DNA of 64,000 nucleotides from Clostridia bacterium (GTDB lineage Bacteria; Bacillota; Clostridia; TANB77; CAG-508): NCBI GenBank assembly GCA_022792395.1, contig JAAWAX010000008.1, positions 25,658 to 89,657 of the forward strand, read 5' to 3'. Shown piece by piece: positions 1 to 11,066 of this stretch (position 1 is its first letter; each line of letters starts with the position of its first letter). The notes under the pieces were generated by a model. It saw only the letters and a program-made list of their open reading frames with translations, ran no database searches and was not told where the DNA came from. The position numbers and the translations under genes were made by a program.

Positions 1-91
1 ATAATTTGTAAAAGGTTGTCTTTTCGTGTTGACAAATTTATATTTTTTCATTACAATAACTTTTAAGAATAAAATTTAAGGGGGAACTATT

Positions 92-949
92 ATGTCTGAT
101 ATCATGTCCTATTTATTTGAAACAAAAGCAGTAAAATTTTGTGAAGAAAACAAACCATTTTTCTTGACATCTGGAACTATATCACCATACTTTGTGAACA
201 CACATTTTCTTTATGGAAATGAAAAAGAAGCAACTGAATTCTTATCTTACATTGATACTTTATTAGCAGATAGAATCAACTTACCTAAAAAAGTATTTGA
301 AAAAGTATTGGCACAATATGAAAAAAATTCTATTTTTAAATATACCATTGATACTATGATAAAAGCTATTACAGAAAATGTTAATGTAGATGAAATCGAT
401 TACATATCTGGTGGAGAAAGAAGAGATTGGTATTTTTCTAACATGATTGCGTATCTTCTAGAAAAGCCACATCTTACTTTATTTAAAGATATGGAAGCTT
501 TTGTTAGTCCTTATGACTTCTCTTCTACTGAAAAAATAACAAACATAGAAGGAAAAACCGTATTAAATGCTTCTGATTTAGTAACAGCCGCTTCTAATTA
601 CGTTCGTTCATGGATACCTGCAGTTAAGAATCTAAATGGTAAATTACTATGGACTTGTTATGTAGTTGATAGAAAACAAGGTGGAACCGAAATATTAGAA
701 AAAGAAGGAATTAAAACGATACCACTAGCTTTAGTAGATAATACTCTTTTTGAAAAAGCTTTTTCATTAGGAATCATTAACAAAGGTCAATTGGATATGT
801 TAAAAGGATTTTATCATGATCCTTATGAAACAATGAGAAACTTCTTAATCAATCATCCAGAGTTTATTGAAAATGCTTTAAATTCAACAGATGAAAGAAC
901 TTTAAAAAGAGTAAAAACGCTAACAGAAGGTAATCTATATAATCTATAA
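92..949 (+). CDS. phosphoribosyltransferase-like protein (PyrE/orotate PRTase-related)
   Basis: 285-aa ORF with a purine-rich RBS upstream. The N-terminal FFLTSGTISPYFVN resembles type I PRTase entry motifs. A hairpin terminator follows. Confidence 0.45.
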   Translation: MSDIMSYLFETKAVKFCEENKPFFLTSGTISPYFVNTHFLYGNEKEATEFLSYIDTLLADRINLPKKVFEKVLAQYEKNSIFKYTIDTMIKAITENVNVDEIDYISGGERRDWYFSNMIAYLLEKPHLTLFKDMEAFVSPYDFSSTEKITNIEGKTVLNASDLVTAASNYVRSWIPAVKNLNGKLLWTCYVVDRKQGGTEILEKEGIKTIPLALVDNTLFEKAFSLGIINKGQLDMLKGFYHDPYETMRNFLINHPEFIENALNSTDERTLKRVKTLTEGNLYNL

Positions 950-957
950 AAATATCG

Positions 958-995
958 AGCCAAAAAGGATATTCACCTTTTTGGCTTGTTTTTTG
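958..995 (+). terminator. rho-independent terminator
   Basis: agccaaaaagg / cctttttggct stem with a 7-nt loop, followed by tgtttttt. Confidence 0.8.
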
Positions 996-1031
996 TCATT
1001 TATCTTAAACTTACTTAAAAAAGGACTGTCT

Positions 1032-1556
1032 CTAATGCACCTTAATTTCATTACATTTCACTACTGTAACATTGTCTGGTATATCTGTTAAAACCGTACT
1101 ATTAGCACCAATTTTTACATAGTTTCCAACTTGAATTGGTCCTAATACCTTTGCTCCTGCTCCTACCATAACGTTGTTTCCGATATCTGGATGTCTTTTA
1201 TTTTTATCTTTACCTGTTCCTCCTAATGTTGCATTATGATAAATTGTACAATCATCTCCTATGGTTGCTGTTTCTCCTATCACAATTCCCATTCCATGGT
1301 CAATAAATAGTCTTCTTCCAATTTTTGCTCCTGGATGTATTTCAATTCCTGTAAAAAATCTTCCTATCTGCGAAATGAATCTAGCCAAGAATAATAGCTT
1401 ATGACTATATAAGAAATGTGCTATTCTATGAAAAATAAGGATATGAAAACCAGGATATAGAATGATTACTTCTAGTATATTTTTAGAAGCTGGGTCTTTA
1501 TCTTTTATATTTCTAGCATCTTCGTATAATTCTTTTAAAAATAACATACTTATCAC
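1032..1556 (-). CDS. cysE: serine O-acetyltransferase
   Basis: Hexapeptide-repeat C-terminus and the [28 protein letters not shown] motif typical of CysE. Confidence 0.85.
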   Translation of the reverse strand: MISMLFLKELYEDARNIKDKDPASKNILEVIILYPGFHILIFHRIAHFLYSHKLLFLARFISQIGRFFTGIEIHPGAKIGRRLFIDHGMGIVIGETATIGDDCTIYHNATLGGTGKDKNKRHPDIGNNVMVGAGAKVLGPIQVGNYVKIGANSTVLTDIPDNVTVVKCNEIKVH

Positions 1557-1594
1557 CTTTTATATGATATGTATGTTATTGATTTATGTTATTT

Positions 1595-3551
1595 TTACAA
1601 TAATTTCTCCAGTTCTTTTATTTTATCACGTAATTCTGCTGCTTTTTCAAATTCCATATTACTTGCTAATTGCAACATTTGGTCTGTTAATTCTGTAATA
1701 ACATCTTTAATATTTTCATTTTTCTCCAATTTATATTCTACACTAATATCTTCTATCGTTGTCATAGCAATATTATCACGTACTGATTTTTGTATTGTTT
1801 TTGGTGTAATTCCATGTTCTTGATTGTATTGCTCTTGAATTTTCCTTCTTCGATTGGTTTCAGAAATTGCCTTTTCCATGCTGTCAGTTAATTCATCTGC
1901 ATACATAATAACGGTTCCTTCTGTATTTCTAGCAGCACGCCCTATGGTTTGTATTAATGACCTTTCAGAACGTAAAAAACCTTCTTTGTCAGCATCCAAA
2001 ATCGCCACTAATGAAACCTCTGGTATATCTAATCCTTCTCTTAAAAGATTGATTCCTACTAATACATCAAATTCTCCGAAGTCTTAAATTACGAATAATT
2101 TCCATTCTTTCTAATGCTTTCGTATCTGAATGCATGTAGGTTACCTTTATACCCAGACTTTTCAAATATTCTGTTAAATCTTCTGCCATTTTCTTGGTTA
2201 ATGTTGTTACTAAAACTCTTTCCTTTTTTTCTACTCTGATGCGTATTTGTTCTAATAAGTCATCAATTTGATTCGTAACTGGTTTTACTTGTATTTTAGG
2301 ATCTAATAATCCTGTTGGTCTTATAATTTGTTCTACTACATTATCTTGTGCTTTTTCTTTTTCATAATCTGCAGGAGTTGCACTAACAAATATTACTTGA
2401 TTTAATCTTTGTTCAAATTCATCAAATTTCAATGGTCTATTATCAAAGGCAGATGGTAATCGAAATCCATAATTGACAAGCGATTCTTTTCTCGCTCTAT
2501 CACCATTATACATGGCTCTTACTTGAGGAATGGTTGCATGTGATTCATCCACTAATAGTAAAAAGTCATCTGGAAAATAGTCAAATAATGTATAGGGTGG
2601 GCTTCCTTCTTCTCTACCACTAATATGCCTAGAATAATTTTCAATCCCAGAACAAAATCCAGTTTCTTTCATCATTTCCATGTCAAAGTTAGTTCTTTCT
2701 TCTATTCTTTGTGCCTCTATTAGTTTATTTTTTGACTTGAAATATTTTACTCTTTCTTCCATCTCTTTTTCAATGGTTCCAATTGCTCTTTCCATTTTAT
2801 CTTTCGTTGTTACATAGTGAGAAGCGGGTGAAATTAAAATATGTTTTCTGTTACCGATTGACTTTCCTGTTAGTGGATTAATTTCTGTGATTTTTTCAAT
2901 TTCATCTCCCCAAAATTCAACTCGAACGGCTGACTCTGATTGGTCAGATGGATAAATTTCTACAATATCTCCTTTGGCTCTAAAAGTACCTCTTTTAAAG
3001 TCAATTTCATTTCTTGTATATTGCATCGTAATTAGCTTTTTTAAAACTTGGTCTCTTCCTTTATTCATTCCAACCCTTAAAGATAACATCATTTCTTGAT
3101 AATCTACTGGGTCTCCTAATCCATAAATGCATGATACAGAGGCTACTATGATGACATCTTTTGTTTCAAATAAAGATAAAGTTGCTGAATGTCGTAGCTT
3201 GTCTATTTCATCATTAATCGAAGAGTCCTTTTCAATAAAGGTATCTGTTGATGGTATATAACTTTCTGGTTGATAATAATCATAGTAACTTACAAAGTAT
3301 TCTACATTGTTCTCTGGAAAAAACTCTTTGAATTCGGAATACAATTGTCCCGCTAGGGTTTTATTGTGTGCTAATACTAATGTTGGCTTTTGTACTTTTT
3401 GTATAATATTTGCCATGGTAAACGTCTTACCAGAACCCGTAACACCTAGAAGTGTTTGGAATTTTTTCCCCTCTTCTATTCCTTTGCTTAAATATTCAAT
3501 TGCCTGTGGTTGGTCGCCAGTTGGAGTATAATCGGAATGTAGTTTAAACAT
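1595..3551 (-). CDS. uvrB: excinuclease ABC subunit B; needs a +1 shift at in-frame CGG 2078..2076
   Basis: ORFs 2067..3551 and 1595..2008 join as ...[44 protein letters not shown] when the C of CGG is skipped. Walker A GVTGSGKT is present. Length minus 1 nt is a multiple of 3. Confidence 0.9.
2076..2078 (-). other. in-frame CGG recoding site (CTT CGG A -> CTT [C] GGA)
   Basis: The 0 frame hits TGA 3 codons later. The +1 frame continues the conserved UvrB sequence. Confidence 0.85.
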
Positions 3552-3804
3552 ATCTAAATCTCCTTTCGAATGTAATGAACCTCCTACTTTAATTTTTCCT
3601 ATTTAACATTTATCTATAACAATGTTATTATAAAACAATGTATCTTTTATTTTTCCAGACCCTAAAACTGTGCTAGATATTTTGCTTCCTTCTCATTATA
3701 TCAAATCTTTGTTTTATTTTAAATAGTTTTAACCATATTTGTGAAAATTTGATTACCTATTTTTTGTATCGATTTAATTTGCTATAAACTAATTGTAAAA
3801 AAGA

Positions 3805-4119
3805 TTAGAAACTATTATTTTCTAACCTTTTATATTGAGTCCCATCTATTTTTTCACACAATAATTCTTCCAAATTATTTTCATTGATTAATTCTTCTTT
3901 TTTCGCCTTTGTCAATTTTTTGATTCGATATTCCAATTTAGAAGCTAATACTCTAGTTTCTGTTTGCCAAACTGCTTCTAATTTTTTGGCAGTATGTACG
4001 TAAGTATATTTCGCACAATTCACTTTATTAAAATGTTCTTTCATTCTGTGTTCTACATCTGTTGTAATCCCTGTATAGATTGAATTATCTTCGCATCTTA
4101 ACATGTAAATATAATACAT
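3805..4119 (-). CDS. GIY-YIG nuclease family protein
   Basis: N-terminal YYIYMLRCEDNSIYTGITTDVEHRMKEH is a GIY-YIG motif. Start chosen at the Met preceded by a gaggtg RBS. Confidence 0.7.
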   Translation of the reverse strand: MYYIYMLRCEDNSIYTGITTDVEHRMKEHFNKVNCAKYTYVHTAKKLEAVWQTETRVLASKLEYRIKKLTKAKKEELINENNLEELLCEKIDGTQYKRLENNSF

Positions 4120-4178
4120 TGTTTCACCTCTTCTAATCCATCTCAAACATTCCAAAAGGAAAGGATAGGAATGTTTTT

Positions 4179-5082
4179 TTACAATTTTCTCATTTTAGCA
4201 ATAAAAAATCCTTCGTATAATTCATTCGGACATACACACATTGTTCCTTCTATTGTGGTTGGAAGAAGCGGAATCTTATCCATGCCTTTAAAATAAATTG
4301 GTACAATCTCTACTTTTTTCTCTTTTAATATTTCTTGGACAATTTCTTCATTTTCACTTGCTAAAATAGAACAAGTTGAGTATATCATCTCTTTTTTAGG
4401 TTTTAATAAATTGATAGCTTTCCTTAATAAAGCAATTTGTGTTTCTACTGATTTTTCAATTAGTTTTTTTGTAAAAGTTTCTTCTAACTTACTATTTTGT
4501 AAATTGATTGTTCCACTTCCACTACATGGTGCATCTAATAGAATCTGGTCAAAGGAAAAAAAGTCATCTATTTTTCGTGCATCTTCTGTCATAACATATA
4601 CCTTTGCCCCTTGCTTTTCTAAATTATATTTTAATCTTTCTGCTCGAATTTTATTTTTTTCACATGCAGTAATATTGGCTTTATTATTCGTTATGGCTGC
4701 TATTCCGAGTTGTTTTTCCTCCTGGTGCTGCTGCCATATCTAATATATCGATTCCTTCTTTTGGTTGTAAGATAATTGGTGGTAGCATAGAAGATAAACT
4801 TTGTAAATAAATTTTTCCCTCTTCATAAATTTCTAATTTCCTAATTTCTTTTTCAGAAACCTCTTTTAAAATGATTGCTTCTTGGCTCCATTCTATTCTT
4901 TCATAAGCTATCTGTTTTTCTTTTAAATAACTTGTTATTTCTTCTATTCCACTTTTTAATGTATTAATTCTAAAAGTAGTATTTCTTTTTACTTGGTATC
5001 CTTGTATTATCTTTTCTATGTCTTTTTTTTCATATTGTTTTTCTAACATTAGTTTTAAAAATTCTGGTATTTCAAAACTCAT
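4179..5082 (-). CDS. RsmB/RsmF (NOL1/NOP2/Sun) family RNA m5C methyltransferase; needs a +1 shift at CGG 4707..4705
   Basis: DMAAAPGGKTT (SAM site), then after the shift ...TT-G-IAAITNNKANITACEKNKIRAERL..., DAPCSGSGT and YSTCS catalytic motifs. Confidence 0.85.
4705..4707 (-). other. in-frame CGG recoding site (ACT CGG A -> ACT [C] GGA)
   Basis: Junction of ORFs 4684..5082 and 4179..4592. Confidence 0.85.
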
Positions 5083-6316
5083 TTTTAACTCCTTGTCTTT
5101 CTTTAATCATCTTATATAATTTTATATTTACTATAAAACTTATCATTGCAAAAATTACTAAACAAATCAGTACAAAGAATAAATCCAGTTTAATCAATAG
5201 GATAGAAAATAGCAAACTAACAAGAGTTTCTCCTATTCTTCTAGATAATTGTAAATAAGAAATGCCTTTTTGCTGTTCTTCCTTTACCATATTTTTTAAC
5301 AACAAATCTGTTATATATACTTCAGAGGAGTCTCTTATTGCTAAAATCAAATCAAATCCTATTGTCATGAGTATCATTTTTATGATTATCATTGAATTCA
5401 GAATGCTTCCTATTAAAACACAAGCAAATGCTATCATAGCTATTACTGGTAATAGCAGATTTACTTTGTCTTTCATTTTGTTATATAACTTTCCAAATAT
5501 TACATTTCCTAAAATTCTAGCAATACGAGATGATACTAATATAAAACTAAAATATATAGCTGTTGTACTTACATCAAAATGTGCTTGAAGATGATATTGT
5601 ATAAACAATTTACTATTCGTTTGTCCTAGGCTTATCGTAGTATATAATAAAGCAAAAGATATAAAAATAATAAACAATATCCTTGAAATTTTTATCTTTC
5701 CTTTTTTTTGGATAGTATGAACTTTTTCCTCTTTTTCACTACTATCAAAAATACAAAATGATAACAAAACACTTATAATGCAAATTCCAATACATAATAA
5801 CATCGGCATATAATGATTGATAGCAAATATACTTCCAACAATCAAAGCTATGATTGCCGTTATAATAGCATATATAATTTTAGATTTATTCGCTATTCTT
5901 ATATAATCGGTTTCTTTTTTTAGATAATTCAAATTATTTTTTAGAATCACGTTATCCATCTTTTTAAATAAAAATGATGTTGTATATATAATATGTCCTA
6001 TCATAATAATCCAATAATGATTTCCAAATGTCATTAATATACTACTAGTCAACAACATAATTGTACCAATTCTAATTGATTTTATATTTCCTATTTTAGT
6101 AATTATTTTTAAGGCTGGTATTTGCAATGCAATATAACTCAAACTTGAAATAGTTGTTAAAAATGATATTTCAGTGGCGGATAGTCCTTTTACTACTGTA
6201 AAAAATAGTGTATTGATGGCAATAAAGAACATCAAATCATCTGATATTCCCATAAAATATGGTATAATGCTATTACTTAACATTGCCTTCCTTCTCTTTA
6301 GTTTTTCATCTTCCAT
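5072..6316 (-). CDS. MFS-type membrane transporter
   Basis: 414 aa, about 12 hydrophobic segments with a central charged loop. Confidence 0.6.
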   Translation of the reverse strand: MEDEKLKRRKAMLSNSIIPYFMGISDDLMFFIAINTLFFTVVKGLSATEISFLTTISSLSYIALQIPALKIITKIGNIKSIRIGTIMLLTSSILMTFGNHYWIIMIGHIIYTTSFLFKKMDNVILKNNLNYLKKETDYIRIANKSKIIYAIITAIIALIVGSIFAINHYMPMLLCIGICIISVLLSFCIFDSSEKEEKVHTIQKKGKIKISRILFIIFISFALLYTTISLGQTNSKLFIQYHLQAHFDVSTTAIYFSFILVSSRIARILGNVIFGKLYNKMKDKVNLLLPVIAMIAFACVLIGSILNSMIIIKMILMTIGFDLILAIRDSSEVYITDLLLKNMVKEEQQKGISYLQLSRRIGETLVSLLFSILLIKLDLFFVLICLVIFAMISFIVNIKLYKMIKERQGVKNEF

Positions 6317-6402
6317 TTTTCTTTTTTCCCACCTCTTTATAAACTCTTATAAAAATCTTTTCTATTATTAATATGAAATAGAGAACTTTTATGTTCTCTA
6401 TT

Positions 6403-6585
6403 TCAATCACGCTTCACAGAATCGACTCCATACCATTGGGGAGAATCTGCTTCATGAAGCATCCTTCCTATGTTACATCGTTTACACCGTAAATAAGGAA
6501 AGATTCTTCCTTCATTTAAAGAAAGAAATTCTTCTTCACACTCCTTACATTTATTTTGGAGTGTTTCTTGTTCAACTTTAGGCAT
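6403..6585 (-). CDS. small zinc-ribbon protein (CxxC...CxxC) carrying an in-frame CGG
   Basis: 60-aa ORF with CKEC-x17-CKRC. Codon 33 is CGG (6489..6487). A hairpin terminator lies downstream at about 6377..6403. Confidence 0.4.
   Translation of the reverse strand: MPKVEQETLQNKCKECEEEFLSLNEGRIFPYLRCKRCNIGRMLHEADSPQWYGVDSVKRD
6487..6489 (-). other. in-frame CGG with no obvious need for a shift (possible exception)
   Basis: TTA CGG TGT. The unshifted reading keeps the second CxxC. The shifted reading stops after 6 more codons. Confidence 0.5.
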
Positions 6586-6722
6586 ACCCTACCTCCCTAC
6601 TTTATGTATTCATTCTATTATATCACATTTTTTTCACTTTTGCATCTTTTATTGATTAAAAGTTGCACTTTTTCATTTTTTTCTATATAATAATGTAGAA
6701 ATTGGACAAGGAGTATATTTTA

Positions 6723-7073
6723 ATGGAACATTGGACAGTTGATGATTATAAAAATTTTACAAATGGAAATAGAAAAACAAGTAAATACCGAGCTAATAAA
6801 GTATCAATTGATGGACATACTTTTGATAGTCAAAAAGAAGCGGATTATTATTGTGAATTAAAGTTACGATTGCAAGGAAAAGAAATTAATGGTTTTTGCT
6901 TACAACCCACCTTTATTTTAGCACCTAAATTAAAATATAAAGCTGATTTTATTGTTTTTCATAAAGATAATTCAACAGAAGTGATTGATGTTAAAGGGGT
7001 TAAAACAAAAGAATATATTGCTAAAAAAAAGGTTTTTGAGGATAAATTTAATTTGAAAATAACAGAAATTTAA
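6723..7073 (+). CDS. DUF1064 domain protein (phage-associated family)
   Basis: SKYRANKVSIDGHTFDSQKEADYY... is typical of DUF1064. ATG preceded by an aaggag RBS. Confidence 0.65.
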   Translation: MEHWTVDDYKNFTNGNRKTSKYRANKVSIDGHTFDSQKEADYYCELKLRLQGKEINGFCLQPTFILAPKLKYKADFIVFHKDNSTEVIDVKGVKTKEYIAKKKVFEDKFNLKITEI

Positions 7074-7256
7074 TAAAAGTTCCTATAAAAAATAAAGATT
7101 AGTTTGAATTGAAATTAATTGCGTTAGAAATTCTTAATCAGTTTTAGGGAAATAGTTCATGCTTGACATGAAAGGGTGCCCTAAAACTGATTTAGAATTA
7201 ATACAAAAATTAATGGAACGAAAACTAATCTTTATTTTTTATAGGAACTTTTATTA
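7071..7256. repeat. 186-bp palindromic element with 35-bp perfect terminal inverted repeats
   Basis: 7071..7105 is the exact reverse complement of 7222..7256. Inner arms 7132..7149 / 7179..7197 also pair, with 1 mismatch. It lies between convergent genes. Confidence 0.85.
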
Positions 7257-7269
7257 TTTTAGTATTTTT

Positions 7270-8993
7270 CTAATTTTCTAACAAATTTTTGATTTCTTCA
7301 TTTCTTTTCACTTTTTTAGTCGTAGTTTTAATCAATTCCTTATCTGTTAAAATCATATTCTTAATATACTTGTATGGTGGAAAAGTTTTATTAATCTCTT
7401 TTATCTTTTGCCAAATTACAGTTTCTAATTCTTCTGGTGTTATATTTGGATATTTTTCTTGTACCACATCTTTATCATAAACCACTTTAACAGAAAGTTT
7501 TATATCATTTTTATCCTTCTTATCTGGTATGCCATAAACAATACACTCTAGTACTTCATCTAATCGATTAATCACAGTTTCTAACTCATCTGGAAATACC
7601 TTTTTTCCGTTTTTTAGTACAATCATATCCTTCTTTCTACCTGTTAAAAATAAATAACCTTCTTTATCAAAATAAGCTAAATCTCCTGTATAGAACCATC
7701 CCTCTTTTAATACTTCCTTGGTTGCTTCTTCATTTTCATAGTAACCGAAGCATTACATTAGGACCTTTAACTCTAATTTCTCCAATCCCTTGCTCATCTT
7801 GATTGTATAATTCTAATTGTACATTCTCCATTGGAAAACCAATCGAACCATATTTCATTTTCTTACAATTTTCAGCTGCAATTACTGGCGATGTTTCTGT
7901 TAATCCATATCCTTGTACAACATTAATACCTAATTCATTAAACCCTTGTGCTACTTTTTGATCTAATGGTGCACCACCAGAAATAACAAATCTTAAATTT
8001 CCACCTAATTCGTTTAATATTTCTTGAAATAATTTCTTTCTAACATCAATACCGCAACTTCAATAATAAATTACTTATTTTTTTAGCAATCGCAACCGTT
8101 TTTGTCTTTCCTTTTTTGGCAACACCTTGCTCGATTCTTTTATAAATCGTTTCTACCAATAAAGGAACTCCTACAAATACAGACACTTTATATTCTTTTA
8201 AATTTTGTGCAATATAACGAAGTCCATCTGGGAATACTGTAGTGACACCAAAGGCAAGCATAACAATCATACAAGTAGAACCAAAAATATGATGGAATGG
8301 TAAAAATGCTATATTTACATCTTCTTTTCTAATATCTTCTACCAATTGCATGCTATATACATTAGAAGCTATATTTTTTTGAGAAAGCATAACTGCTTTT
8401 GATTTAGAAGTAGTTCCAGAGGTAAATAGTAATATATTCATTTTGTTATTATCAATTGTAGCATTTATATATTCTTTATTTCCTTCTTCTAAAAGTTCTT
8501 TTCCTTGTTGTTTTAAAGTCAGTATATTATCATAACCTTCTTGTTTGGTCATGCAAATATAATTCTGTATGTTAGCATTTCCTCTTTTTTTGATTTCTTC
8601 AATATTTTCCCTATATTTTTCATCAAATACCAAAATATCTGCTTTACTTCGAACCAAACAACTTTCTAATTCTTCTACTTGTAATTCTTTATCTAATGGA
8701 ATACTTACCATACCACCTAATAGGTTTGCAAGATGTGTAATCACCCATTCGTAACGATTTCTTCCTACAATGGCAATTCTCTTATTTTGATAGCCTAAAT
8801 CATAAAATTTTGTTCCTAATTGATTTACTTCTTCTAATAATTTTGTATAACTTACATTTTCATAAGATGTCTCTTTTTCGTTTTTGTATTTTATCACAAA
8901 AGCTGTCTTATCATTGTATTTTTTAACAATATCATACATAAGCTCCTTGACATTTTCAAATTCTGTGGCTTCAAAATATTTTTCTCTTTCCAT
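7270..8993 (-). CDS. long-chain fatty-acid--CoA ligase (AMP-binding enzyme); needs +1 shifts at CGG 8054..8052 and 7747..7745
   Basis: Three frame segments join as ...NLLLKL-G-IDVRKKLFQEILNELGGNLRFVISGGAPL...[49 protein letters not shown]. The TSGTTSKSK AMP-binding motif is present. Confidence 0.85.
7745..7747 (-). other. in-frame CGG recoding site (CTT CGG T -> CTT [C] GGT)
   Basis: The 0 frame stops 2 codons later. The +1 frame gives GYYENEEAT. Confidence 0.85.
8052..8054 (-). other. in-frame CGG recoding site (TTG CGG T -> TTG [C] GGT)
   Basis: The 0 frame stops after CGG TAT TGA. The +1 frame gives GIDVRKKLFQ. Confidence 0.85.
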
Positions 8994-9109
8994 AATTATT
9001 CCCCTTAACCTAGTATTGATTACCAGATTATCATACATTAAATATGTTGTCAAGTAGTTGACTAAAGGTTCAAAAGGTGCTATCATTATTGGTATGAGGT
9101 GATTTAGGC

Positions 9110-9604
9110 ATGAATAAAGAAATTAAAGATTTTCATCTTCCTAGATGGAATGAACTTCCTAGTATCGATTTATATATAGACCAGTTAGTTTCTTTTTTAG
9201 AGCAATATTTATTTGGCTATATAAAAAATGATAATGAAAAAGAAGAAAAAATCATAACCAAAACGATGATTAATAATTATGTAAAACATAGTGTTATAAA
9301 ACCACCAATGAATAAAAAATATAATAAAGAACATATTGCTTCTTTGTTTGTTATTTTTGTTTTAAAAGAAGTTTATAGTATTAATGATATTAAAAGATTG
9401 ATTAAATTAGCGATTGAAACTTCTGCTGTTGAACAAGCCTATGATCGATTTTGTTCGGAATTGGAGAAAGCAATTCGTATTGTTTTTGCTGAGAAAAATT
9501 ATATAAAAAATAGTAAACTTTCACAAGAACAATATATCTTAAGAAATGTGGTTCAGTCTTTTGCTAACAAACTGTATGTACAAAGAGTTTATTTAAAAAA
9601 ATAG
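9110..9604 (+). CDS. DUF1836 domain protein
   Basis: 164-aa ORF. The motif LPSIDLYIDQLVSFLE...TKTMINNYVKH is typical of DUF1836. Confidence 0.6.
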   Translation: MNKEIKDFHLPRWNELPSIDLYIDQLVSFLEQYLFGYIKNDNEKEEKIITKTMINNYVKHSVIKPPMNKKYNKEHIASLFVIFVLKEVYSINDIKRLIKLAIETSAVEQAYDRFCSELEKAIRIVFAEKNYIKNSKLSQEQYILRNVVQSFANKLYVQRVYLKK

Positions 9605-9609
9605 GGGAA

Positions 9610-10176
9610 TTACACTTCCCCATATCCTTTTTCAATCATTGATTCTTCAATTTCATTTACTCGTTTCATAATAGAAATCATCAATTTTGTTAAAATTGGT
9701 TTCATATTTCTAACATTCATCTCCATACCTTTCGCCAAACAAGCTTCTTTTAACTGACCATATTCAGTTTTCAAAATAGGTATCATAGATAAAGAAATGC
9801 AAACTAATAATTCAATATCATCAAGATTTATTTTTAATAATTTTAATGGCATACAAAGATGTTTAATCGTATTCGCAATTCCTTTTACCGTTATCGTTTT
9901 GGAATAAATGTATGTAATGTTACAAACTAACATCAATTTTATAGCAACTAAAATAGCATATTGATAATTAGCTAAAATACAGTTAATTATTACTGTTAAA
10001 ATAATAAAAGGCAATATCTTAATAATGTTCTCAATGGCATCTATTAATCTTACTCTAAAAATTACCATTGCTAAAATATTAAACAATAAAATGCTTAACA
10101 GTAAAGTAGCAGATTCTATAAAAAATATAAAAGTTGCATATAAAATGAAAAGTAAAAAGATAATCACATTTTTCAT
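9610..10176 (-). CDS. ECF transporter transmembrane (T) component-like protein
   Basis: Polytopic 188-aa protein immediately downstream of an EcfA-like ATPase and an S component. Confidence 0.5.
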   Translation of the reverse strand: MKNVIIFLLFILYATFIFFIESATLLLSILLFNILAMVIFRVRLIDAIENIIKILPFIILTVIINCILANYQYAILVAIKLMLVCNITYIYSKTITVKGIANTIKHLCMPLKLLKINLDDIELLVCISLSMIPILKTEYGQLKEACLAKGMEMNVRNMKPILTKLMISIMKRVNEIEESMIEKGYGEV

Positions 10177-10250
10177 TTTATTTTATCTAATTCCTTCCTA
10201 AATATAGAAATTTAAGTTAAAGATTAGAATTTAACTTGTTCAGTTATCTT

Positions 10251-11066
10251 CTAACTTTTGATAATTCCCCTTAACTTTGTTACCAACTCATCAATTGAAT
10301 AGTTGGTTAGATTCATTTCAATTCCTTCTTGTCTTAATTTCTGCACGATTTCTAATACAAGCGGAACTTTTATATCATATTGCTGAAATATATCCAATTT
10401 ATCTAAAATCTCTTCTTTTCGTATTTCTTCTACTATCTCTCCATTATTTAGTAAAATAATTCTATCAGCCAGCAACATCTCTTCTGCTAAATTTGTGATA
10501 TAAATGATAGTATATCCTTCTTTTTTCAAATTTTCTACAATATGATATATATCTTCTTTTCCCTTACTGTCAATCATAGTTGTTGGCTCATCGAACACAA
10601 TCACTTTAGGTTGTTTTGCTAGCACTTCACTAATTACAATTCTTTGCTTTTGTCCTAATGATAATTCATATAAGTCATCTTTTATTTTGTCTGCCATATT
10701 TACTTGATGGAGCGAACTTTCTACTCGCTTTTTTATCTCTTCACTACTTAAATTTTTCAGAGCAAAAGTCACTTCATCTTGCACATTGTTAAATATAATT
10801 TGATTTTCTGGATTTTGAAAAACGATACCAATTTTTTTTCGTATTTCTTCTTTATTTTTCTTATCTGCCATATCTAAATCATCTAATAAAATTTTTCCTT
10901 CTTTTGGTTTCAGAATACCAGAAATCAATTTTCCCAATGTTGACTTACCTGAACCATTTTTTCCCATAATAACAACCGTTTCTTTATCTTGGATAGAAAG
11001 ATTAATTTTGTTTAGAATATCTTTTCCTCTTTTGTATCGATAAGTTACATTCTCTATTCTAATCAT
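10251..11066 (-). CDS. ABC/ECF transporter ATP-binding protein
   Basis: Walker A GKNGSGKST, signature LSLGQKQR, Walker B VIVFDEP. Confidence 0.85.
   Translation of the reverse strand: MIRIENVTYRYKRGKDILNKINLSIQDKETVVIMGKNGSGKSTLGKLISGILKPKEGKILLDDLDMADKKNKEEIRKKIGIVFQNPENQIIFNNVQDEVTFALKNLSSEEIKKRVESSLHQVNMADKIKDDLYELSLGQKQRIVISEVLAKQPKVIVFDEPTTMIDSKGKEDIYHIVENLKKEGYTIIYITNLAEEMLLADRIILLNNGEIVEEIRKEEILDKLDIFQQYDIKVPLVLEIVQKLRQEGIEMNLTNYSIDELVTKLRGIIKS

Noticed and set aside
2060-2090. A stop-codon reassignment (UGA or UAG as sense, codes 4/25) could explain the split ORFs.
   Set aside because: Reading through the 0-frame stop does not recover homologous sequence. Intact genes end normally on TAA, TAG or TGA, and conserved Trp/Gly positions use TGG/GGN.
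3552-3620. A LexA/Cheo box upstream of uvrB (ttcgaatgtaatgaac).
   Set aside because: The half-sites are in the wrong arrangement for GAAC-N4-GTTC, and there are too many mismatches.
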